Made by a program: the position numbers and the translations under genes | Part shown: positions 49,501 through 60,140 of the stretch, one piece after another | Numbering within the stretch: the first letter of the stretch is position 1 | How the letters are laid out: each line of letters opens with the position of its first letter | Source: Microthyrium microscopicum | Taxonomy: Eukaryota | NCBI GenBank assembly: GCA_010405405.1 | Contig: MU004238.1 | Location: 135,530-199,529, forward strand | Reading direction: 5' to 3' | DNA length: 64,000 nt | The notes under the pieces: generated by a model | The model's database searches: none | The model's input: only the letters and a program-made list of their open reading frames with translations | Told to the model about the DNA's origin: nothing

Positions 49501-50159
49501 TTGATTCTTGATTTTCACACTCAACGTCGCTCGTTCGCATCCTTCTTTGATCAGGGTTTTGAGGCTTTGACCTCGATTCGTAGATGCTGCTTTGCCACCG
49601 AGACAAATTGTTAAAGCGGAGAGAACGGCACTCTTGCCACTGCCATTGTGGCCAATGATGAAGTTGATGTGAGGTCCCAGGTTGACAGTTAAGCGACCAT
49701 GGCACATGAAGTTGACGCACACGACCTGCTCGATGATGGCATTCTCGGCCTGGGCTCGGTTCAGGAGATCTTCCTGAGCTTTACGTTGTCGTGCAAGATG
49801 CCTCATTGCTTGTTCATCAGTTACGGTACGATAGTCGTCAGTTCCGTTTCGAGCGCGGCCATTGGAAGCCTCTGGGTTGTCTTCGGCTTCATCATGCTCG
49901 CTTTCAGCAGGACTTGATAGTAGGCTACCGTATGTGCTCGCATCGTCATCGTCATCGTCTTCTTCGTCATTGGGTGGGAAGGACATTCGAAGTCGTTTTC
50001 TCTGGAAAGGACGTTAGCAACTCGACTTGATGTGGAACGCCGATTAGGCTGAAATAGGGAGCATACCGTGTCGCTATTAGGTGTCACACTCTGGTCGTCC
50101 GTCATGGCAGATTCATCGTCGTCATCAATCACCGCCTGACGCTTCTGAATGCGGTCCAT
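46547..50159 (-). CDS. SMC6: Structural maintenance of chromosomes protein 6
   Basis: NFMCH, Walker A GHNGSGKS, LGGKAASTNRG, VLSQDNARQFL, coiled coils, signature LSGGEKS, Walker B CLDEFDVFMD; introns 50066-50002 and 47857-47811. Confidence 0.97.
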
Positions 50160-50727
50160 AGCGACGGCTGCTGGAAAAGCTCAGATGTTTACGATAATCT
50201 AATAATTGGGAAAAGGAAGTCAGGGATCTGCCGCGTCTGTGATGAAATGCCGTCGCACGACGCGCAGGCACTGGTTCGCGCTAGCAGACGCGATATCACG
50301 TGAGAGCTGGCTGCATTCAATGTTTGATTGGTGCTGACCGGCTCACAGGCTCACAGGCTGAGCTTTCCAGATAAGATCTCAGAAAGATAAGATGCTGAAT
50401 ATGGCAGTTATCAAATCATTTTAACTTTGGCTGATGTTCTGGTTTGCTTCTTCTCGTCACTCCAACCTCCCGTCTCCTCTTCGCTCCTCAATCGTATCTC
50501 TCTCAATCGATATGATCTCAAGCTGATTGACACGTTGGGGAGATTTTCTCGTCCCTTTCCAAATAATACCGCTCCTAATATACCATTACTGTCCAAGCAT
50601 CCCCAGTCTACCCCACTCGTTAATCGCGTTATCAAGTCGTGATTCATAGTCATCCCCAAGCACGAGATCCTCCTCAAATACTGTGAAAGCAACCAAGATC
50701 TCAATTACTCTGTGACAGCCTCTCAAA

Positions 50728-51869
50728 ATGTCTCCAACGCACCTTCGATCATCTTTTCAGACCACCTTTTTTGCTATCGCAACTCCCAACCTCAAACTCC
50801 GGGCCACCGGATACATCATACAGACCCGTCTACAGAGCACAACTTCCAATACAGATCTCTCCAGCGCACCCGCCAGCTCCCAAGCACTACTCTCTAGTTT
50901 CCTCGTCACACCCACAGCCCTTTCCAACGCTCTCCGCAAAAATGTCTACACAAAACTTAGCACCTCACCACGTGTAATCCCTCTTTGTGCTGCCTGGTTC
51001 ATGCCAAACGACCCCAAATCTCGCACCGGCCACGCAGCCTATCTCGCCGGACATGTCCCGCGCGCACGCTTCTTTGATCTCGATGCAGTCAGCGACAAGA
51101 ATTCGCCGTACCCACACATGTTGCCATCACCTGAAGTGTTTGCGCAAGCATTGGGCAAGCTAGGTATCCGAAGAGACGATAGCGTGGTGGTGTATGATAG
51201 TGCGGAGCTAGGCATTTTCAGTGCGCCAAGGGTAGCGTGGACGTTACGCGTGTTTGGCCATCCGGAAATACATATACTGAATAACTTTAAGACGTGGGTT
51301 GACCAGGGATTGCCGGTGGAGAAGGGCGAACCAGAGGAGAAGGTTAGCGAAGAGAGCTATCCGGTGCCCACGATTGATTCGAGTATGGTAGAGAGCTTTG
51401 ACGAGCTGAAGCAGAGGTTAAGCGAGCAGGAGGGGAAAAAGGAGGGTGCGGAAGCATTCACTGTTATTGACGCAAGGTCGCCGGGCCGGTTTGATGGGTC
51501 AGATGCTGAGCCCAGACCTGGTACGTGTCTCTTGTGTTTTTGATGGTTGTGTTGCTAACTGATATAGGTATTTCGTCTGGTCATATGCCATCTGCGATCA
51601 ATATCCCATTCACTGATGTCCTTAGCGCTCGCACCAAAGCCTTCTTATCGCCAGAGGAGCTTCGCGTGTATTTCGAGTGCAAAAACGTTGACCCAAAGAA
51701 ACCCATCGTATCGAGCTGTGGAACCGGTGTCACTGCGTGCGTAATCGACGCCGCGCTCACAGAGGCTGGCTATCCCCAAGAAGGACGTAAGGTATACGAC
51801 GGAAGCTGGACAGAATGGGCCATGCGCGAAGAAGAAGTCAAAGATCTAATTGTCAAGGGTGACAAATAA
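50728..51869 (+). CDS. TUM1: Thiosulfate/3-mercaptopyruvate sulfurtransferase (tandem rhodanese)
   Basis: GHVPRARFFD, PHMLP, VVVYD, DARSPGRF, SGHMP, active loop SCGTGVTA, YDGSWTEW; intron 51521-51568; presequence-like N-terminus. Confidence 0.95.
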
Positions 51870-52264
51870 TACACCAGCCCCTATCACCTTGGGCGAATCA
51901 GTGTGCATTTAGCCGTTGTACTTTAGCTGCTTTGTCGATTTCCGCCAAACCATAATGTTTATGATACCCATCATTTCTTCTCTTACACTTTTCCAACCTA
52001 CATAAACAATATCATGTTCTCTTCTCTGATAAAAGTGTGGTTTCATAATTTCTAAACGGAATATCCATAAGGTGAGTTGTTTGAGTTATGGATAATCGTG
52101 CTTGGGGGGTGCGGCGGGATATCAAAAACATATATAACAACTCCACCAACGTCCTACGCTACCCAGTAGCTTGTGTCCAACATGTGGCCATTGAATCTGC
52201 GTTCCTTCTCTCTAGTTTCACATATTTCCCTCCGCCTGTCTCATTGGTTTTTTGCCCGTCCTTA

Positions 52265-52672
52265 TCATCGCTTGCGCTCCACGTATTTGCTCATGCTCAT
52301 GAACGCTACGCTCTGATCCATCACCGCCTCGCCCATCCATAGATATGTATCTAGATATCCTGTGACTGTAGTGTTGTCGCTAATGGCCTTGGGTTGTACG
52401 CTGTTGCGCATTGTCAGTTTGGTGCTCGTGCGGTGGAGAGTGCTCGCGTGAGCTACTTGTGTACGTACGTGAGGCCGGTTGAGCGGCGAATGCCAGCGAA
52501 GACGGTAGATACTGGACGGATGTTTAGCAGCGTACGAGGATATAGGTGGACTTGTGTTTACTTAGTACGGCATCGAAGCCTATGTGCATTATTCTGCCGA
52601 CGGGGATTCCGAGCTATGAAGGGTAAGATTGGAGCCTGGTGGCTGGAGGATTGGCGATAGACGTACGACCAT
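52265..52672 (-). CDS. DUF1748-family small protein (78 aa)
   Basis: Exons 52672-52667, 52613-52562, 52511-52469, 52400-52265 give MVLGIPVGRIMHIGFDAVLISTVFAGIRRSTGLTVQPKAISDNTTVTGYLDTYLWMGEAVMDQSVAFMSMSKYVERKR; all introns GT..AG with consistent phases. Confidence 0.88.
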
Positions 52673-53054
52673 CGTGATTATTTTTTGGTTATATGACAAA
52701 CGTGTATAAGTTGTATATAGCGCGGGGCAGATCAACTCAGAGCTTTGGGTATGAGGCGGTAGTATATGGAGAGAATTGGAGTATCATCAAACGAGCGGTA
52801 GCAGGCATCAGATTAAGAGACAAGAGGCAGTCGCGGCGCAACCGTCCTGGATAGATCTAATCTAGAGGGAGGGGGGTTGAGATTAGATTCAAGATGCAGG
52901 GCAATGGTTTTGCTCTGTTTAGAGGAGCTATGACCATCCATAATTCAAGCTTACATCATGTAACGTCATTCGTCAATTATTCAATGTCTCCCCTGAGAAC
53001 GCTGGACGGTCACTGAGCATTTCTTTCTTCTACAACCTAGACCAGACTCCCAAA

Positions 53055-54734
53055 ATGGTTTCGTTGGTAAGAGCAGGAGCCTACACACGAGCTTTACGTT
53101 CAAAATACCTTCCATCGCTACGGACATATGCCTCGACAAGCTCCCCGCCCAAGGTACCGCCATACACTCTCTTGGGGACGCTTTGCCAGATACTGATTCA
53201 TCTCAGCTTAAAGACAAATCTCTCTTGAAATCAGAAGCATACATCAATGGCAAATGGGTTTCTGCGAAATCAGGCGAGACATTCGCAGTCAACGACCCCG
53301 CAACGGGCACTAAAATCACAGATGTAGCTGAACTTTCAGTTGAAGAAACAGAATCGGCCATAAAAGCAGCTCATGAAGCATTACCAACCATGCGAAAGAT
53401 GACCGGACGGGAGCGATCAAATCTACTACGAGCCTGGCATAAGCTCATACAAGAAAACGCTGAGGATCTAGCCACTCTAATCACATGGGAGAATGGCAAA
53501 CCGCTGGCAGATGCAAAGGGCGAAGTGGCATACGCAAATAGCTTCTTCGAGTGGTTTGCAGAGGAAGCTCCAAGACTCAACGGCCAGACCATACCCGCAA
53601 GTGGCCCAGGAAGGAGAATATACACACTCCGCGAGCCCGTAGGTGTCTGTGGCCTCATAACACCGTGAGTCTCTCCCTATTCCACTCCTGGAACTTTGGA
53701 ATGGTCCGTCCCTTATACCATGCTAACCACCGTTTAGTTGGAACTTCCCAGCAGCAATGATAACCCGCAAAATCGCCCCAGCCATCGCCGCCGGCTGCAC
53801 AGTAGTCGCCAAATCTCCTGGTGAAACACCCCTCACAGCCTCCGCCCTAGCCGTCCTCGCTGAGCGTGCAGGTCTCCCGCCCGGCGCCATAAACGTCGTA
53901 ACGTCCCTCAAAAACACACCAGCCGTCGGTTCTGCCCTCTGCGAATCGCCGACTGTGCGCAAGATAAGCTTTACGGGTAGCACCAACGTTGGCAAATTAC
54001 TCATGCGACAAAGTGCCGACACGCTCAAGAAACTTAGCTTTGAGCTCGGTGGCAATGCTCCTCTGATAGTTTTTGACGATGCGAATCTCGATACGGCTGT
54101 TGCGGGCGCATTGGCGAGCAAGTTCCGAAGTAGTGGACAAACGTGCGTGTGTGCAAATCGGATATATGTACAGAGGGGCATTTATGATGCGTTCGTGGAA
54201 CAGCTTGCTGCTGGCGTTGCCAAGTTCAATGTCGGCAATGGATTTGCTGATGGCGTAACTCATGGTCCGCTAATACATGCGCGTGCACTGGAAAAGGTTG
54301 ATGCACACGTCCAGGATGCCATCAAGAAGGGCGGAAAAGTCCTCATAGGTGGTGAAAGACGGACGGATTTGGGCGACCATTTCTATGCACCGACGGTGGT
54401 CAGGGATATGACGGCCGATATGCAACTTGCGTGTGAAGAGACCTTCGGACCCGTCGCAGGCGTCTTCCCATTCGATACAGAAGACGAAGTGGTCAAGTTG
54501 GCGAATGCTGCAGAGGTGGGACTTGCTGGCTACTTCTTCTCGGAAGATGTGACGCGCTGCTGGCGGGTTGCGGAGCGATTAGAGGTTGGTATGGTCGGTG
54601 TTAACACAGGAATGATTAGTGATGCTGCATTACCTTTCGGAGGTGTTAAAGAAAGCGGCTTTGGAAGAGAGGGAAGTGGATTGGGGATTGATGAGTATAT
54701 GACTTGGAAGGCCGTCACGGTTGGTGGCGTGTAG
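53055..54734 (+). CDS. UGA2: Succinate-semialdehyde dehydrogenase (ALDH5 family)
   Basis: ENGKPLADAKGE, LITP|WNFP, SFTGST, ELGGNAP, catalytic SGQTCVCANR, EETFGP, PFGGVKESGFGREGS; introns 53154-53206 and 53665-53737. Confidence 0.95.
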
Positions 54735-55035
54735 ACTCCTGTCTATGATGAAGCAACGAAGTATTGGCTGGATATATCCTCCACGGGCTATAATATATAT
54801 CACATATTGCTGTCAAATGTAAGATCTCTGACTGTAGTTTGCTAGGCTTCTTTGATGTTATGCTCGTCTTGGACACGAACGACATTGATTGTATGTCTAC
54901 TGTTCTATTACATTGCACAACATGGTGGATCTGACTTATTACAGGAGTTTACGTGCTGTTGGAAAGCTCGACCACTTCAGAAAGGACATTCGGAATATGA
55001 CACGATGGACGAAGCAACGATCTGATTCGAAGTGT

Positions 55036-55500
55036 TCAATTAAGACTGTAAGCCTGACTGAGCGGTCCTCCGTCCCATCCTGCGGTCGAGTCGTCTCTAG
55101 AATAAAGAGTCAGAAAACGATCAGTGTCAATAGCGAACACTCCAGGCCAATTACTGGGCGCTGGACCAACTATCATCGGATCTGTCCAGCTCGCGCCATA
55201 GTCCTCGCTGATCATAACCACCCCATCTCCATTCTCATGATCTACAAACATCAGTCATGTAGCGATCTCCCAGACTAAAGCACTTACTTGGCCCACTACC
55301 ATGAAACGCATTCGTCCTGAATATACCAACAAGCTTCCCACTCAAATTCGCAATCTGTGGTGCCCCGGCACTCTTTCCGCTAGGCGGCTGGTATAATCGC
55401 GTCGAGACGACCAGCTAGCACCATCATCAGTGGAGATGACAGCACTAATGGCGAAGAGAGCGCAGCAATCCACTTCCGTCTCTGCGAATACGGCCCTATC
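55036..55500 (-). pseudogene. Truncated BNR/Asp-box beta-propeller hydrolase remnant (GH93/sialidase-like)
   Basis: Asp-boxes STDDGASW and SEDYGASW, SNWPGV; no signal peptide or N-terminal part found; frame breaks between fragments. Confidence 0.6.
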
Positions 55501-56033
55501 AGTAATGTTTGAATCATGGCATGGGTAGATACCGAAAGTTAACCTTTTCAGTTTGTGATAATGGGTACTGATGGATATCAAGTACTAGGTACTAGTAGTA
55601 GTAGGTACAATGTTCAATGTGTTGTTCAATTATACTGATCAAGATTTGTAGGCTTACATATGTCACAGAAGAGATACCCATTCTTCATACTACAAGCTCT
55701 AGAAATTAAAGGGTCTTTTGTGCATTGTTTCTGTTCGAGATATAGATTCGGACTTTCATTGTTTGCGGATTCTCATCAATGGTAGGATAGGATTCAGAGA
55801 AACTCTGATTTCAAGATACTTCTTGCAGAAAGAAATTGATCAAGCAACCTGAAAACAGCCTTCTTCTGCAATCGTCAATTGCGCATATGCACATGCAGGT
55901 TCATGCAATGTATCAGGCTGAGGCTGAGTATCATGAGGCCGGTCTACTCTATATACTGAACCAACATTATATCATCATCCCATCCAAGGAAAAGTCCTTT
56001 TGATTCAGGCTTTACATGATCAATCAACCAAAC

Positions 56034-57010
56034 ATGGCACTACACACTATTCTCATATGTCAGTAACTCAACAATGATCTCAAATCCCAACATCCTAACC
56101 CTCTCCAGTCCTAACCATCCTCACCACCCTCACCACCCCAACCCACGCCCTCACCCACTTCGCCTCCCCAACCACCTGCCTCATAATCGGCGACCCCGAC
56201 GTCTACGGCCCCGGAATCCGACTCTCCTTCTATCTCCAATGGGCCGCCATCCTGCTCGCCACAACCGTCGCCCCCTCCGGCGCCTCCTTCGCGCGCACAA
56301 CCACCAACATCCTGACCATCAGCGTGTTCGCCAACAGTCTCCGCGGTTTCAGCAACGGCGGCTTAGTCGCCGCCGAATGGTGGATAGTGACATTTCTATG
56401 TTTTTTCCTGAATCTAGGGAATTGGCCAAGTTCGCGGCAGGCGTTGAGGGAAAGTGTGGCGAGTATTGGAGTGAGTTTATGTATTTATGCGATGGTTATG
56501 TGTATGGAGTGCTGGGTGTGGTTTAGGGGGCTGGATATTGGGCATGGGCGTGAGAATGGGGATTGTGAGGTGAAGATTAGCGTTTTCTTTCATCCGGTTG
56601 ATGTGTATGACCATGGCTGGCGGACGGCGTTTAAGGTGTTGGCGGCGGTTGATATGGTGGCGGCGCTGGTGTTTGCGGTTGTGGGGATTGGGATATTGCT
56701 GTTGTCGTTGGCGGTGCCGTTCTTTGATGTGGAGGAATATATGCAACATTGGGTAGATGGGGATGATAGGCGGATGGTGTCTGTTGTGGTCAAGTGTTTG
56801 TTGAGTGTTTTTCAGATGATATTGGGGGCCTTTTCGATTGCGTTTGTGGAGTTGACGATCAAGTTTAATGATATCCAGCTGCCTCAGGGGTATACGAGTA
56901 GTGGGCAGTTGATTCCGGTGTTGATTGGAGTGCTGACGTTGGCGAGTGCTGTGTTTTCGGTTTGGAAAAGAATAGGAAAGATGGCGATTGAACTTCGGAC
57001 ACATTCGTAG
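56034..57010 (+). CDS. Uncharacterised multi-pass membrane protein with signal peptide
   Basis: Exon 56034-56058, intron 56059-56108, then in frame with the 228-aa ORF; CLIIGDPDVYGPGIRLSFYLQW near N-terminus, VELTIKFN and SSGQLIP near C-terminus; several hydrophobic spans. Confidence 0.8.
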
Positions 57011-57389
57011 TATGTATGAGAAGTTAGAACCAAGATTTCAAGAATAAAGCAATCCATAAATCGTTAAAGCTAATAGAACGCTATTCAAGTATAAAAAGAA
57101 CAAACAACCCCAGGCCTTTGGGCCGAATGATAACTGTCAGTGACCGTTTGGCTGGGGAATAAAAACTGAAGTGCCGTAGCAATAACAAAACCTTTAGACC
57201 CGTTCTCCGGAACCCCTTCTTAGCAGAATATATAAAACCGGGAAAATCAACAAAGCCGGGGGAATATGTTCTGGACTGAAAGTCCACTGGCAACTGGAAA
57301 TACAAATCGACATTTTGGGTGAAAAACAAGAAAACAATGGTGTATCAGTCGGTGTGTATCAAGCTGATTTGTATGGCAAGAAAAATCGG

Positions 57390-60140
57390 TCAATGGCCGA
57401 AGGCTGGGAGGGAGGCGGCGTTGAACTCTTCTTGAGATGCCTCAGTTTGGGTCTGGGAGACAGTAGGCTCTGAGGATTTATTGGCGGATGAGGTGACGAT
57501 GCCGTTTGACTTGGAGGCTTCTTTTGACTCGGCTGATGTAGTCTGGTCTGGTTGACTGGGTTTGGCTGCAGTCTCGGGAGTCTCCACGACCTCCTTGGGC
57601 TTTTCGGCTTGAGGGTCTGCTGCTTTGGTCTCTTGAGATGCAGTCTCGACCGGTATTGAGACTGGAGAGTCGATCTTTGGGACAACTTCCTTGGTTTTCT
57701 CAACCTCAACGACTTTCGAAGGAGTTTCGTCCTTTGTAGGCTCAGCGTTGGCGTCCTGCTCCTTCTCGGAGACAGGCGCGTTGGCCTTGATCTCTTTAGT
57801 AACGGGAGCATCTTCAATCTTCTTTGTCTCTATCGCAGCTTCAGTCTTAGCCTCCTTTTTCTCGGTCTCAACCTTGCTCTCTTTCTTAGCCATATCAAGC
57901 TTCTCCTTCTTATCCTCAGCCATGTCCCCAATCTGCCTCAAAATCTCCTCATGATCCCACTCTCCGGTCTTCCCATAAGTCCCATGCTGCAAATACTCAT
58001 TAATCGCCACCTCGGGATCCACACCCGCAAGCATAATAAGATCCAACACCTCCTGCGGAACCTTCTTCCTCGCCGCTGCCAACGCAGCAGGTCCTCTAAC
58101 CCCCTTACTGCTCTCGGGAACTTCCTCTCCGCGTTCAACTTTCTTCGCCAAGTGGCCAGTAACGCCCTCCAACTTCTTCTTAAAGCCCGCATCAACCGCA
58201 ATGACACCAGGTGTATCACTCGTTCGTCTCGTTCTACCTTCGATCGAGTATAAATCTGCGGTAGACGTTTGGCGCGTGATTCCATTATGTGCTACTGCAG
58301 GACCAGTACGATTCACAGAATTTCGACGACTCACACCAATTGCGGGCGTACTAGTACCCGAGACATCAGAGCTCTTGTGTTCAAACGCAGCAAGTTTGGC
58401 TGCGACACCTCCTTCCAATTTGCGGAAGACAAAGTCGCGGCCCGTCTGCTTGGCGTTTGCGTCTTCGAGTTCCTTGAGCCAGGACATGCGGTCGCTGAGT
58501 CTGCTGGATGGTCTGCGAGGCCGTGGAGCTGGGCCTGGGCCGTCGGCGAGATCGGGAGTTGGTGTGCGTGAGAGGTTTGCTGGGGCTGGTGAGACAGAGC
58601 GCGAGGATATGTAGGAATTGCGGATAGCTGGCTGGGATAAACGGCGTGATGGACTGCGTTCGTCGGTGTCACCGCGGAGCTGGCGATGTTGAGAGCTGTC
58701 GGTGACGACGCGGCGGACGTCATTTGAGCGTGGGGCTGAAGTTGGGGCGCTGATGGAGTTGCTGTTTATGCGAGAGATTGTATTGGAGACGACAGCGGCT
58801 TGTTTGTCGGCAGAGGTGAGTGTCACAGGAGTGAGGAGGTTGACGGATTTGATTTCGAACTTCTTGGACGAGACTGAAGAAGCCGCAGTTGGCGAAGAGG
58901 ACGCGTTGGAAGCAGTGTCCGAGTCCACGATCTTTGGTGCGATGATGGGTCGTTGATATTGAACTTGTTGAGCTTCGGCTGGAGCGACGTTAGAGCCAAG
59001 CGAGAAGCGTTTGCTGCCAATAGAGGACCGATATGAGCTATCATCTTGGATATCGGACATGCCAGAGCCCATAGACATGCGCTTGCTGGCGAGTGAGAGG
59101 TTGCGGCTTGGCGCATTGAAGCCTGGGTCCAGAGAGAGTCGCTTGCTGGCCGTCGACGTCGTACGTGCGATGTTATCGTGGTTAACGTCTAAAGACTTAC
59201 GAATAGACGGTGGACGAGGAAACGCTCCTAGCTCTGGTTCAGGTGATGGCTTGACTTGAGAAGTCACAGCTGGCGAAAGCACCGAGTTGCGCGCCGTCGA
59301 CGCTCTCTTAGAAGGCGAACTTGGCTCATCATCATCAGTCTTCCGCTTGCCATTGACTAGCAGATCAGTAGTGACTGGATGTCCATTAAGCCCCGTCGAC
59401 ATGGGCATGATGCTGTATCGATGAGTCGTGACATCCAAGCTCTTAACCTTTGGATTCGTCGATTGATCACCCAACGGCGTCCTACCCGCAAACTGGCTAG
59501 CAATCGGTGTCTCGAGCTTCAAGAACAGACTCGCAATCGGCGTCTTTGCCTGCGGAATAGCATTTGATTTCGCACGCTCGCCAATGGCCAACAGACTCTC
59601 ACGTCGATTCTCCTTCTCAGCTCCACCAGTCTGTACATCGTTAAGCAGCCACGTATCCAAAAACCCTTTACTCGCATCATGCGACTCGACAAACTTTGGC
59701 AATGCAACGCTCGGCGCGTCTGGAAGTTTTGTGGTAGTCTCTCCAGCCGCACTTTTGCTCTGCCGTCGATCTGGCACGCGACTGCTGTTCTTTTCGCGCT
59801 CACTACCCGCGCTCACGTCTCGGCGGCCAAAGTTGCCATCAGTTGTATCGAAACTCAGCTTGAAGCTGCCACGGTCGTCAAATCGAAGAGAGGAAAAGTC
59901 GCCAACCAAACTACTGCTGCCGCTGTCGAACTTGATATCTTGCCCAATCGGACCAAGTCTTGGAGGAGCTTGTGAAGATGTAGCAGCACGATTCATCTTT
60001 GACCGGCGGTCGTTACCACCGCGGAGGAAGCGGGCGAGGCGTTGCCGCCATCTCGAAGGTTGACGGGACGGTTTGAGGTAATTGAGTTCGCCTTCTATGG
60101 GAAATGTTGTGGACAAGCCTGGTGTAGATTTGGTAGTCAT
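57390..60140 (-). CDS. Uncharacterised 916-aa Ser/Arg/Pro-rich, largely disordered protein
   Basis: Uninterrupted 2.75 kb ORF; short ordered-looking block RMSWLKELE..FRKLEGGVAAKLAAFE; charged C-terminus. Confidence 0.8.
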   Translation of the reverse strand: MTTKSTPGLSTTFPIEGELNYLKPSRQPSRWRQRLARFLRGGNDRRSKMNRAATSSQAPPRLGPIGQDIKFDSGSSSLVGDFSSLRFDDRGSFKLSFDTTDGNFGRRDVSAGSEREKNSSRVPDRRQSKSAAGETTTKLPDAPSVALPKFVESHDASKGFLDTWLLNDVQTGGAEKENRRESLLAIGERAKSNAIPQAKTPIASLFLKLETPIASQFAGRTPLGDQSTNPKVKSLDVTTHRYSIMPMSTGLNGHPVTTDLLVNGKRKTDDDEPSSPSKRASTARNSVLSPAVTSQVKPSPEPELGAFPRPPSIRKSLDVNHDNIARTTSTASKRLSLDPGFNAPSRNLSLASKRMSMGSGMSDIQDDSSYRSSIGSKRFSLGSNVAPAEAQQVQYQRPIIAPKIVDSDTASNASSSPTAASSVSSKKFEIKSVNLLTPVTLTSADKQAAVVSNTISRINSNSISAPTSAPRSNDVRRVVTDSSQHRQLRGDTDERSPSRRLSQPAIRNSYISSRSVSPAPANLSRTPTPDLADGPGPAPRPRRPSSRLSDRMSWLKELEDANAKQTGRDFVFRKLEGGVAAKLAAFEHKSSDVSGTSTPAIGVSRRNSVNRTGPAVAHNGITRQTSTADLYSIEGRTRRTSDTPGVIAVDAGFKKKLEGVTGHLAKKVERGEEVPESSKGVRGPAALAAARKKVPQEVLDLIMLAGVDPEVAINEYLQHGTYGKTGEWDHEEILRQIGDMAEDKKEKLDMAKKESKVETEKKEAKTEAAIETKKIEDAPVTKEIKANAPVSEKEQDANAEPTKDETPSKVVEVEKTKEVVPKIDSPVSIPVETASQETKAADPQAEKPKEVVETPETAAKPSQPDQTTSAESKEASKSNGIVTSSANKSSEPTVSQTQTEASQEEFNAASLPAFGH

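Noticed and set aside
52661..52672. ACGTACGACCAT resembling the 5' end of fungal 5S rRNA
   Set aside because: Similarity stops after 12 nt; it is the DUF1748 start codon and first donor on the other strand
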